This document shows positions 24,221 through 36,200 of a stretch of DNA of 64,000 bases, in pieces. The position numbers and the translations under genes are program-made. This DNA is from Eledone cirrhosa. Taxonomy: Eukaryota. Position 1 is the first letter of the stretch; every line of letters starts with the position of its first letter. The stretch spans positions 121,768,001 through 121,832,000 of the forward strand of contig OZ024744.1 of assembly GCA_964016885.1 (NCBI GenBank), read 5' to 3'. The notes under the pieces were generated by a model, which saw only the letters and a list, made by a program, of their open reading frames with translations, did no database searches and was not told the origin of the DNA.

Positions 24221-25150
24221 TATCTCTTTCTCTTAATTTCGAGTACATTTTTTTTGACCGGCCACTTTCCTGGTGGCAAGGTTGTAAAAGAAAAGAAATT
24301 GTCATCCCTTGAATCGCAAGAATGTTTTGCAAATTTTGAAGGTGCCAGCTATCGCAGCCATTTGTAGACTATGAATTAGGGAGCTGCGCTTTTTGTCCGC
24401 AAATCCAAGTTCAGTCATACTTTGGTCCAAGCGGGTTGGTATATAACCCGTAGCTCCAATAATGATGGGTATGAAGCTAAAGGTGTATCTTGGATACTGG
24501 ATTTGTAAACTCCTCATCAATGGTCCGTAGATGTCCTGCTTCTCCTGTATTTTTCTGACAACGTTTACATCAAGTGGGCAGCTGATCTCCACAACAGAAC
24601 ACGTTTTCAATGTGTGGTCCCAAACAACAATATCAGGCCGGTTGTGCTTTAATTTGGTGGCCGTTTTTATTTTCAGGTTCCACCAGTATTCCTTAGTGCC
24701 ATCTGTCTCAATATATTCTTTCTCGTTTGTTGTTAATTTTGTTTTCCGAAGTGCGTTCCAGATGGTTCTAGCTATCCCATCGTGTCTCATGGGGAGGTAG
24801 TAGCGAGATGACATTCTTTCGCAGCTGGCAACAATGTGGCCTACATCTTCGATCTTTGTTTTACATAGCCTATATTTATTGTCAGCTGCTGGCCCTCCTC
24901 TTTTGTGCAGCAGATATTTGGTAGGGAGTTCTTGTTCCTGTATTGCATAGAGATATCCCTCAAGGTGTGATGTCATAAACTTGTCGGAACTCCATGCCAG
25001 GCTTTTTGAGTGGTTTATCCCCTCTATGGTCTGTGTTTTACGTCTCAAGTATCCATGCACAACTTTTTCTGTAAACTGGTCAATTTTTTTTAATCTTGTT
25101 TGAACATTGAATAGGATCCTCCGATTTCTCTGGGTGAGAGATTTATATCA
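24220..25150 (-). mobile_element. R4/Dong-like family B copy 2 (RLE end)
   Basis: 252-aa ORF identical to that at 11763-12521. Confidence 0.92.
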
Positions 25151-25215
25151 TGTATGTATGAATGTGTATATGTATGTATATATATATATGTATGTATGTG
25201 TGTGTGTATGTATAT

Positions 25216-26000
25216 GTTCTTCTGGTTTTATCATTTCACAAAGTTTTACCAATAAAGAGAGAGTCGGTTTCTAACATATACACAAGACTTTCTCATTGGA
25301 ATTTACACAACATCAACTAGGTAGATATGTATGCATGTGTAGATATGGATGTTATTGAATGTGTGGATGTGTATGTTTTGAGTTGTATGTGTGCATGTGT
25401 ATATGCTTGGTATCTGTACATGTGTATATGCAGTTATTAGATGCAACATTTTTGGAATGTTTTACATATGTTTACTGTTCCATTAATCGATTGCACTTGT
25501 AGTTTCCTAACTAGTTGTGTTCTTTCTGTTCCTGTGAAGCCTAGCTTCTCAAGATTTGTATTGAGGCAGTTACCAGTGACCCAATAATCACAGGCATAAA
25601 TCTGAAGGTGTAATCAGGGTAGAGTATCTGCAGATTGTGATCTTTTCTCTTCTTTTTTTTTTTCCTTCTCTCATTCTTCTCAGGTTCTGGCATGCAATGG
25701 GTCGGTAGTTATTTGCCAAGTGGGTGTCTTTGTTCTTGGGGATCAGTAACGTTTGTGCTAATGTCAACCATTCTGGTATAAGTGTATCTCCCTTAAAATC
25801 TTGTTGGTAGAGGTCAGAAAGTTACCTCGGATAGAATATCAGCTTTTTGTACCAGTAGCCGACAATCATGTCTCTTCCTGGTGTTTTCTTATCTTGGAGT
25901 TTTCCTATCACAGTCTCAAGGGTACCCTCACTTATTTCGTATGTTTTTGTTGTAGTGTAGGAGCAATAGTTCTTTCGGATTTCTCTTAGCCACACTGCAT
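25216..26000 (-). mobile_element. R4/Dong-like family A copy 2, internally deleted
   Basis: 25216-25630 matches 9096-9500; 25688-25770 matches 11428-11512 and continues upstream (PGRDMIVGYWYKKL). Confidence 0.85.
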
Positions 26001-26193
26001 CTTGGTTGAAATTCTTCTTTCCACCCTTGAAATTCTTCTTTTAATATATATGTATGTATATATATATATAGATGTATGTGTGTCTAGGTTTGTATATATA
26101 TATACATACGTACGTATGTATGTACGTATATGTATATATGTATGTATGCGCATGTGTGTGTATTTATTATACACAATTGAATGTAAGAATTAT

Positions 26194-27362
26194 TAACACT
26201 AACATCATGCTCGGTGTGTAGGAAAGGCGTAGGTAGAAACTCAATTTTATGTCCCAAATGCAAAGTATGGGTGGATAAAAGATGTAGTGGGATCACAGGT
26301 AAGCTAACTAAGAACATAGATTTTACATGTGGCCGGTACTCAGGTGCAATAAGTAGCAGCAAGTGCCCACAAAATACTAGCTCTTTCAATTGCACAGATG
26401 GTCCTATAGAAATAGGGGACACCTTCCGTTACCTGGGTGACAAAATCAGCAGTGGGGGAGGGTGCTCTGAAAGTACAGTAGCTAGAGTCAGAACGGGATG
26501 GAAAAAGTTCAGAGAGCTTATACCAGTATTGGCCGCTAAAGGGTTCTCCCTAAAAATGAAAGGCAGGCTGTATGATACCTGCATACGAACAGCAATGTTG
26601 CATGGCAGTGAGACATGGGCATTGTGTGCAGAGGATAGACGCAGACTGGAGAGGAACGAAGCTTGCATGCTCCGCTGGATGTGTAATAGTAATATACGTG
26701 AACGGCAAAGCATAAACGAACTAAGGGAAAAATTAGAAATAAGAGGGATCAGATGTTGTTTACTCGAGAGAAGACTATGTTAGTATGGTCACGTGATGCG
26801 CATGAAAGACGACAGCTGTATAAAAAAGTGCAGAGCAATAAAAATAGACGGTAGCCACGGAGTAGACAGACCCAGAAAAACCTGGGACGACTCGATAAAT
26901 TCCGACCTCACACACTTACACCTCTCCAAGACAATGTCACTGGACCGAGATCTTTGGCGCTACACAGTAATAGAGAAGACCCGCCTTACCTAAGTACAAA
27001 GTGAAACCTACTACAGTCAATAGGCATCTCTAACAAAATACACCCCGTCCCACTACCCCCACCCAATCCACACCACCCCTTTCAATGTAAAGTTATGTTG
27101 GTACCACAACATCCAGCCCGAAACAAATGAGGTCGTGTAGGTGTCACGACAAAAAAACACACAGTCCACGCTGTAATGTGGCTGTGTAGGTAACACGGTA
27201 AAAACCTCCCAGTTCCACACTGTAAATGTGGTTGGTGTTAGGAAGGGCATCCAACTGTAGAAAACCCGCCAGACAGTTCTATGCGAGCAAGACAACCACT
27301 CTTGCCTCAAGTGGGAAAACTCCCGTCCAAACCCATGCAAGCGTGGAATATGGACGTTAAAC

Positions 27363-27400
<38 letters not shown>
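26194..27400 (+). mobile_element. RTE-type LINE family B copy 2 with (GAT)n tail
   Basis: C-x2-C region (CRKGVGRNSILCPKCKVWVDKRCSGI), FRYLGD, HGSETW, GHVMRM; similar to 7710-8738. Confidence 0.9.
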
Positions 27401-27403
<3 letters not shown>

Positions 27404-27482
27404 ATATATCAATATATTTAATGTGTGTGTATAGATATAAATGGAAAATATATATATGTATATATGTATAAATATTCATATA

Positions 27483-27882
27483 TCATCATCATCATAATCG
27501 TTTTACGTCCGTTCTTCCACGCTAGCGTGGGTTAGACGGGTTGTCCTGTTGTGGGCAGTGTCTAGTCGGCTGACCTTGTCTTGCTCATATGGGAACTGAA
27601 TCTGGCTTGATTTCTACAGCTGGATGCCCTTCCTAACATCAACCTCATTTAGAGTGAGTGCTGGGTGCTTTTTTCTTCTTGCCGTGGCGCCTCCACGACC
27701 ACTTTGCAGTGGAATGATAAGGACCCCAGTCCCTATCATCTCATATCTACAGCTGAGTAAACTGGAGCAATGTGAAATAAAGTGTCTTGCTCAAGGAAAC
27801 AAAACATCACCCGGTCTGAGAATTGAACTCACAAGCTTTTGATTGCAAGCCCAATGCTCTAACCACTAAGCCATGTGCCTTC
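27483..27882 (-). mobile_element. tRNA-derived SINE (CORE/V-like body) with RTE-derived 3' tail
   Basis: Minus strand tggcttagtggttagag (A box), gagttcaattc (B box), ccttgagcaagacacttta core; tail gttaggaagggcatccagctgtagaa...ggacgtaaaacgat shared with RTE family B. Confidence 0.85.
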
Positions 27883-27899
27883 ATATATATATATATTTT

Positions 27900-28715
27900 T
27901 TTAAAGTCGTTTGGAAGCCTCGACAATGCAAATGGGTAAATCTCCGGGTAACAAGATCCGGTGGTGGAGAGAGAGATGTAAGTGGGTGTACGTTGAGATG
28001 CGTGGCGTGTATAAGACGTGTAGAGGAATGAAGGAAAGAGTATAAAGGATAAAATAAAAATAACAACACGAGAGAGAGTTACTTTGGGAGAGATTTAATT
28101 GTCCCTATATATTTCGAATTCACATCCATCAACTGGGTTTATTTTCCGGGGTGGGGAAAAGGTTGTCTGTCGGAAAGGTGCGAAACGCGGCCTCCGCTGT
28201 TTGTTGTTTTGAATATCTGAGGTATTCAACAGAGCGCGCATGCGCATGAAATGGGGTCGGTCGGGCAGAGGTCAGCAGCCGAAGTAGTTCTTTCAATTGT
28301 GGGCGTGGGGGTGGCGCTAGCTGTCAGTCCATTCTCTGCCTGTTTGTTAAATGTTACTGTGAGTGTGTGTGTGCGCGTGTTGTTGCCATGTTCCTCTGTA
28401 TTGGCAGTGTAGTATGTTCGTATGGTGGAATGCTACTGTGCGTGTGCGTGTGTAGTTGTCTCGCTTGTGTGTGTGTGTGCGTGTGTTGCTGTATCGTTTG
28501 TTAGCTTAAACCAGCCACCTCATTTCGCTTCTCTCGGATCGATTGTTTATTTGCGGTGCTAGACGTTTGATAAAAAGCGCTTCCTTGATATGTAACGTGC
28601 CGACGTTTCTTTCAGTCGCTAGAATTGTGACAATGGTCCTTACGTCTTTGTTTCCGCATTTGTCTATGTGTTTCCGGAAAGACGAGGCCCTGATTTTAGT
28701 GTGTTCTTTGATCCG
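27900..28715 (-). mobile_element. Penelope-like 3' fragment (GIY-YIG C-terminus plus 3' UTR)
   Basis: Minus strand ~28715-28505: [21 protein letters not shown]...[21 protein letters not shown]. Confidence 0.75.
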
Positions 28716-28864
28716 GATATATATATTTGTATATATATATATGTATGATCCAGATATATATATTTATATATATATATGTGTAAGTATATATATATATATA
28801 TATGTATGTACATATATATATATATCTATATATATATATATGTACATATATATATATTTATGTA

Positions 28865-28921
<57 letters not shown>

Positions 28922-28924
<3 letters not shown>

Positions 28925-29220
28925 TTGTGAGTTCAATTCTCAGACCGGGTGATGTGTTGTTTCCTTGAGCAAGACACTTTATTTCACATTGCTCCAGTTT
29001 ACTCAGCTGTAGAAATGAGATGATAAAGACTGGGGTCCATATCATTCCACTGCAAAGTGGTCGTGGAGGTGCCACGGCAAAAAAGCACCCAGCACTCACT
29101 GTAAATGAGGTTGGTGTTAGGAAGGGCATCCAACTGTAGAAATCAAGCAAGAATCAGTTCCTGTCCCACCCTTGCAAGCAGGGAAAAAGCAGACGTAAAA
29201 TGAAATGAAATGATGATGAT
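28922..29220 (+). mobile_element. Second copy of the RTE-tailed SINE, 5'-truncated, in (TA)n
   Basis: Reverse complement of ~27600-27835. Confidence 0.85.
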
Positions 29221-29230
29221 ATATATATCT

Positions 29231-31390
29231 AGGGCGGGTAAAATTCCCGAGATCCATGGACGAGTTATCTCCAGCGGTCTCTGTCCCTCATTATCGCTGC
29301 CATGTCCTGTGTCTCCAACAGACCAGTGTCTGTCCTTAGGGCATCAACATACGTTAACCTTGGTCTTCGTCTCCCAGTGTGTCCATGTAGGGGCTCCCAC
29401 AGGAGCACTGAGTGCAATGTCAACTCTGGATGTCGGTGAGCATATCCAGCTAACCTCAGTCTCCTCTGTGTCACTTTTGAGCTGACTTTTGGGAGGCTCC
29501 CATACAGCTCTGAGTTTTTCATCCTCAGTGTATACTGATTAATGTTCAGAGCCATCCTCAGCATTCTCGTGTAGCACCCATCCACCATCTGAGTGAGTTT
29601 CTTGGTCAGTGTCCAAGTCTCAGACCCGTACAGCAGCACAGACTCCACTACAGCAATGAAGAGGTGGATTTTCAGGTCCTTACAAAGTTCCGACTTCCAC
29701 ACCGATCTCAATCTGTGGCACGCCGCCCAGGCTTTGCTCTTCCTCTCAACCACATCATCTTCTGTATTCTCAATCTTTGCTCCCAGATACAGGAAGCCCT
29801 CAACCAATTATAGTGGCTTCCCGCCTGCATTAGTGATCCCCTCTGGCTTCTCAACATTCTCTACCAGATATTTTGTTTTAGTCTCATTCATTCTCAGCCC
29901 CACACTCATCGACACAGTCTCAACCTCCTGCATCAAATCCTCTGCCTCCTTCACTGTGTTTGTCACCAAAACTATGTCATCGGCAAATTCAGCATCTGAT
30001 ACCTTTTTCACCTTAACTCTCCTGCTCTGAGCCGGTGCTACAGTAAAGCCAGAGTCCTGGTGTTTCTCCAGTGCAAGGTGCATACAATAGTCCACTACGA
30101 TGATAAAAAGGTAGGGAGCCAATGTATCTCCCTGGAGCACTCCAGACAGTATCTCAAAGAACTCTGTCATCCCATCAGGTGTAATGACTTGGGCTTTGGT
30201 GTTGGTGTAGAGCAGTGATATCAGGTCCACTATTTTCTTGGGGATTCCATAAGCCTGTAAGATCTTCATCAGGCAGTGACGGTCCACAGAATCAAAGGCC
30301 TTCCTAAAGTCAATGAAAACCATGACCGCAGGAAGGCACTTTGCTCTAGCTCCCTCTAATATCCTCCTCAGCATCAGGATGTGATTGGTGGTTGATCTTC
30401 CCTCTCTAAAGCCGTTCTGGTTGTCCCTGAGCTTCTTCTCCATCTCAGGCTGGATCCTGTTAAGAATCCTCCTGTTGAGGGTCTTTGCCACAAATGACGT
30501 CAGTGAGATCCCCCTGTAGTTGTTGGTGTTAGAGAGTTCACCCTTCTTTGGCACTGGGACGATGTTACTGATCCTCCACTGATTCGGGGCAACTCCCTTC
30601 TCCAGTGCCTGGTTACAGAACCCCAGGATGATATCATCAAAATCACACCTCTTCATCACCTCTGATGCCACTCCATATTCTCCATGAGCCTTGCCCTCCT
30701 TGATCCTCCTCTTGGCTCTCTGAAGCTCCTCTCTGGTGAAGGGCTCTGCCTCAATATCCAGTTCTTCAAACAGCCGCCTGAACTCCCCAGTGCTCTGGGC
30801 TGTAGAGGGTGGCTCTCCTAGTAGGGTCCTAAAATGGTCTAACCATTTCCTCTTCCTATCCTCGGGCCCCGTTCCCCGGATCTGACTCGAACATCTTTTC
30901 TTCCTCCCTGTGATCTCGTTGATGATCATCCAGCTCTCCTTACATCCAGACCTGCCAACCGCTCTCTCCACACTTCTGATCTTCTCTATCAGTGCCTCCT
31001 CTTTGACCTCAGTGTAAGCGGTACAGAGTTCTTGTCTCATCACCTCCACAGTCTCCGGCTTGTTATGGGTGAGGTCCGGGTGAGCTTAAGAAAGAGCAAG
31101 GCTCAGCCCCGGAGAGCAATCTATGACTGGGGAGCTTTCAAGGAAGATAAGTTACAGGAGAGGTTCACAGTGGAAGTGAGGAACAGGTTCAGTGCTCTGT
31201 GTGGAGAGTCAGAGGAGAGAGAGATTGGATGGACAGAGGAGGTACGGGCACTTCACCAATGCAGTGGCGGAAGCAAGTGAAACCCTGGTCCGAGGAGAAA
31301 GAACAAAAGGAAGCACGTCAGCTCTGCAAACCCAAAAGTGTGTGCAGCCAGAGAACATCTGAAAGCTGCCAGGGACCAATTCTATGCTGA
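29231..31390 (-). mobile_element. RTE-clade LINE family C, with inverted 5' segment (31050-31390)
   Basis: NYRGISLTS, FIDFRKAFDSV, GVLQGDTLAPYLF, FADDIVL, FLYLGA, LLYGSETW, RRLRLAGY; + strand 31050-31390 encodes the upstream post-endonuclease linker. Confidence 0.9.
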
Positions 31391-31398
31391 TATATATA

Positions 31399-31496
<98 letters not shown>

Positions 31497-31498
31497 CA

Positions 31499-31538
<40 letters not shown>

Positions 31539-31551
31539 CATATATATATAC

Positions 31552-31621
<70 letters not shown>

Positions 31622-31649
31622 ATATATGTACATATATATATATATGTAC

Positions 31650-31682
<33 letters not shown>

Positions 31683-31685
31683 TAC

Positions 31686-31760
<75 letters not shown>

Positions 31761-31795
31761 ATATATATGTATGTACATATATATACATATATATA
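31390..31795. repeat. Long (TA)n microsatellite with interruptions
   Basis: Direct reading. Confidence 0.97.
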
Positions 31796-32298
31796 TCATC
31801 ATCATCATCATCATCAACGTTTAACGTCCGTGTTCCACGCTTGCATGGGTTTGGACGGGGGTAGTCCCACTTGAGGCAAGCTCGCATAGGACTGTCTGGC
31901 AGGTTTTCTACAGTTGGATGCCCTTCCTAACACCAACCACATTTACAGTGTGGGTCTGGGAGGTTTTTACCGTGTTGCCTACATGGCCACATTACAGCGT
32001 GGACTGTGTATTTTTTTGTCGCGACACCTACACGATCTCATTTGTTTCGGCTTGGATGGTGCGGCACCAACATAACTTTACATAGAACGGGGTGGTGTGG
32101 ATGGGGTGGGGGTGGTGGCGGGACGGGGTGTATTTTGTTAGAGATGCCTACTGGCAAGGCGGGTCTTCTCTGTTACTGAGTACCGCCAAAGGTCTCGGTC
32201 CAGTGACATTGTCTTGGAGAGGTGTAAGTGTGTGAGGTCGGAGTTTATCAGCTCATCCCATGTTTTTCTAGGTCTGCCTATTCCGTGGCTACCGTCTA
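31796..32298 (-). mobile_element. RTE-type LINE family B, 3' end fragment (copy 3)
   Basis: Matches 7710-8235. Confidence 0.88.
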
Positions 32299-32377
<79 letters not shown>

Positions 32378-32479
32378 ATGTATATATGAATATATGCACA
32401 AAGGAATGTATAAATTTATATGTAGATCACAAACAATAGACTGAGGGAAGAAAAATATATGTTTAGTGCGTTCCTTCTG

Positions 32480-32610
32480 AGTTTTTGATCCGATCATCCA
32501 GATCAATCATTTTATAATGATTTTGGTTTTGTAATTTTTATTGTTGGTGTTTTTATATTTTTAAAACATTTTCATAATCCTCTTTCTCTTTGTCTATTTT
32601 TCTACTTGTA
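32480..32610. repeat. Dispersed repeat, inverted copy of ~8830-8957
   Basis: tttttgatccgatcatccagatcaatcattttataatgatttttggttttgtaa. Confidence 0.8.
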
Positions 32611-33280
32611 CCCACATACATTCTTAACAACATACACACATACACACTAACACACATACATATACACACATATACACAAACACACACACACCAACATACA
32701 CACACACAGACACACACACAGGCATACACACACATACACATACAAACATACAAACATACACAAAGATATACACACACACATAAACAAACAAACGCACAAA
32801 GATATACACACACATAAACAAACAAAGACACACAAACACAAATTCTTTATAACGAGATCAACCCAAACAAATGGAGCGTTTGTTGTTACCCCCCGGGATT
32901 GGAAAATATTTCATTATACTGAAGTCAACATCATCATCATCATTTTACATCCACATTTCCCTGCTTGCCAGGGTGGGACTGATCCTATTCAGCACAGCAT
33001 CTCTCCATTTGTCATCTCCTCAGTGAGCTTCAGAATCTGAGGTCAGCTCTCACCACCTCTGCCTACGAAAATCATGGGCAGAGGTGGTGAGAGCTGAAAT
33101 ATTCGTTATAATGGAATTTGGCCTGTATATACACTATCATATCCGTTCCTCTGGTAGGAACATATAAAACCTCACTTAACCATGGAGTTTCACCAAAATA
33201 CTTGTCTGTGGATCAGAAACATCCATTTGAAATAAGAACAACACAACAGATATTTAAAAACGGAAAATGAAGGGAAAGGT

Positions 33281-36200
33281 ATCCATTACTACCTCTGTTC
33301 CTCTCACCCAGTCACTGTTATCCTTCCTCAACACATGACCCAACAATCTCACACTATCTCTCTACACAACATCCATCACTACCTCTATTCCTCTCACCCA
33401 GTCACTTTCATACTTCCTCAACACATGACCCAACAATCTCACACTATCTGTCTTCACAACATCCATCACTACCTCTATTCCTCTCAGCCAGTCACTTTCA
33501 TAATTCCTCAACACATGACCCAACAATCTCATACTATCTCTCTACACAACATCCATCACTACCTCTATTCCTCTCAGCCAGTCACTTTTATCCTTCCTCA
33601 ACACATGACCCAACCATCTCACACTATCTCTCTACACAACATCCATCACTACCTCTATTCCTCTCACCCAGTCACTTTCATACTTCCTCAACACATGACC
33701 CAACAATCTCACACCATCTCTCTTCACAACACCCATCACTACCTCTATTCCTCTCACCCAGTCACATTCATACTTCCTCAACACATGACCCAACCATCTC
33801 ACACTATCTCTCTTCACAACATCCATCACTACCTCTACTCCTCTCACCCAGTCACTTTTATCCTTCCTCAACACATGACCCAACCATCTCACACTATCTC
33901 TCTTCACAACATCCATCACTACCTCTATTCCTCTCACCCAGTCACTTTCATACTTCCTCAACACATGACCCAACCATCTCACACTATCTCTCTTCACAAC
34001 ATCCATCACTACCTCTATTCCTCTTACCCAGTCACTTTCATACTTCCTCAACACATGACTCAACCATCTCACACTATCTCTCTTCACAACATCCATCACT
34101 ACCTCTATTCCTCTCACCCAGTCACTTTTATCCTTACTCAACACATGACCCAACCATCTCACACTATCTCTCTTCACAACATCCATCACTACCTCTATTC
34201 CTCTCACCCAGTCACTTTCATACTTCCTCAACACATGACCCAACCATCTCACACTATCTCTCTTCACAACATCCATCACTACCTCTACTCCTCTCACCCA
34301 GTCACTTTTATCCTTCCTCAACACATGACCCAACCATCTCACACTATCTCTCTTCACAACATCCATAACTACCTCTATTCCTCTCACCCAGTCACTTTCA
34401 TACTTCCTCAACACATGACCCAACCATCTCACACTAACTCTCTTCACAACATCCAATATTACCTCTGTTCCTCTCCCCCAGTCACTTTCATACTTCCTCA
34501 ACACATGACCCAACCATCTCACACTATCTCTCTTCACAACATCCATCACTACCTCTATTCCTCTCACCCAGTCACTTTCATACTTCCTCAACACATGACC
34601 CAACCGTCCCACACTATCTCTCTTCACAACATCCATCACCACCTCTATTCCTCTCACCCAGTCACTTTCATACTTCCTCAACACATGACCCAACAGTCCC
34701 ACACTATCTCTCTTCACAACATCCATCACCACCTCTATTCCTCTCACCCAGTCACTTTCATACTTCCTCAACACATGACCCAACCATCTCACACTATCAC
34801 TCTTCACAACATCCATCACTACCTCTATTCCTCTCACCCAGTCACTTTCATACTTCCTCAACACATGACCCAACCATCTCACACTATCTCTCTTCACAAC
34901 ATCCATCACTACCTCTATTCCTCTCACCCAGTCACTTTTATCCTTCCTCAACACATGACCCAACCATCTCACACTATCTCTCTTCACAACATCCATCACT
35001 ACCTCTACTCCTCTCACCCAGTCACTTTTATCCTTCCTCAACACATGACCCAACCATCTCACACTATCTCTCTTCACAACATTCATCACTACCTCTATTC
35101 CTCTCACCCAGTCACTTTCATACTTCCTCAACACATGACCCAACCATCTCACAGTATCTCTCTTCACAACATCCATCACTACCTCTATTCCTCTTACCCA
35201 GTCACTTTCATACTTCCTCAACACATGACTCAACCATCTCACACTATCTCTCTTCACAACATCCATCACTACCTCTATTCCTCTCACCCAGTCACTTTTA
35301 TCCTTACTCAACACATGACCCAACCATCTCACACTATCTCTCTTCACAACATCCATCACTACCTCTATTCCTCTCACTCAGTCACTTTCATACTTCCTCA
35401 ACACATGACCCAACCATCTCACACTATCTCTCTTCACAACATCCATCACTACCTCTACTCCTCTCACCCAGTCACTTTTATCCTACCTCAACACATGACC
35501 CAACCATCTCACACTATCTCTCTTCACAACATCCATAACTACCTCTATTCCTCTCACCCAGTCACTTTCATACTTCCTCAACACATGACCCAACCATCTC
35601 ACACTATCTCTCTTCACAACATCCATCACTACCTCTATTCCTCTCACCCAGTCACTTTCATACTTCCTCAACACATGACCCAACCATCTCTCACTATCTC
35701 TCTTCACAACATCCATCACTACCTCTATTCCTCTCAACCAGTCACTTTCATACTTCCTCAACACATGACCCAACCATCTTACACTATCTCTCTTCACAAC
35801 ATCCATCACTACCTCTATTCCTCTCACCCAGTCACTTTCATACTTCCTCAACACATGACCCAACCATCTCACACTATCTCTCTTCACAACATCCATCACT
35901 ACCTCTATTCCTCTCACCCAGTCACTTTCATACTTCCTCAACACATGACCCAACCATCTCACACTATCACTCTTCACAACATCCATCACTACCTCTATTC
36001 CTCTCACCCAGTCACTTTCATACATCCTCAACACATGACCCAACCATCTCACACTATCTCTCTTCACAACATCCATCACTACCTCTATTCCTCTCACCCA
36101 GTCACATTCATACTTCCTCAACACATGACCCAACCATCTCACACTATCTCTCTTCACAACATCCATCACTACCTCTATTCCTCTCACCCAGTCATTTTCA

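Noticed and set aside
27820-27882. tRNA gene
   Set aside because: A and B boxes continue into a SINE body and LINE-derived tail; no complete cloverleaf seen
28100-28140. Hammerhead in the Penelope 3' UTR (minus strand GAAA tata TA ggg)
   Set aside because: The 3' half fits, but no intact CUGANGA or stem II could be placed
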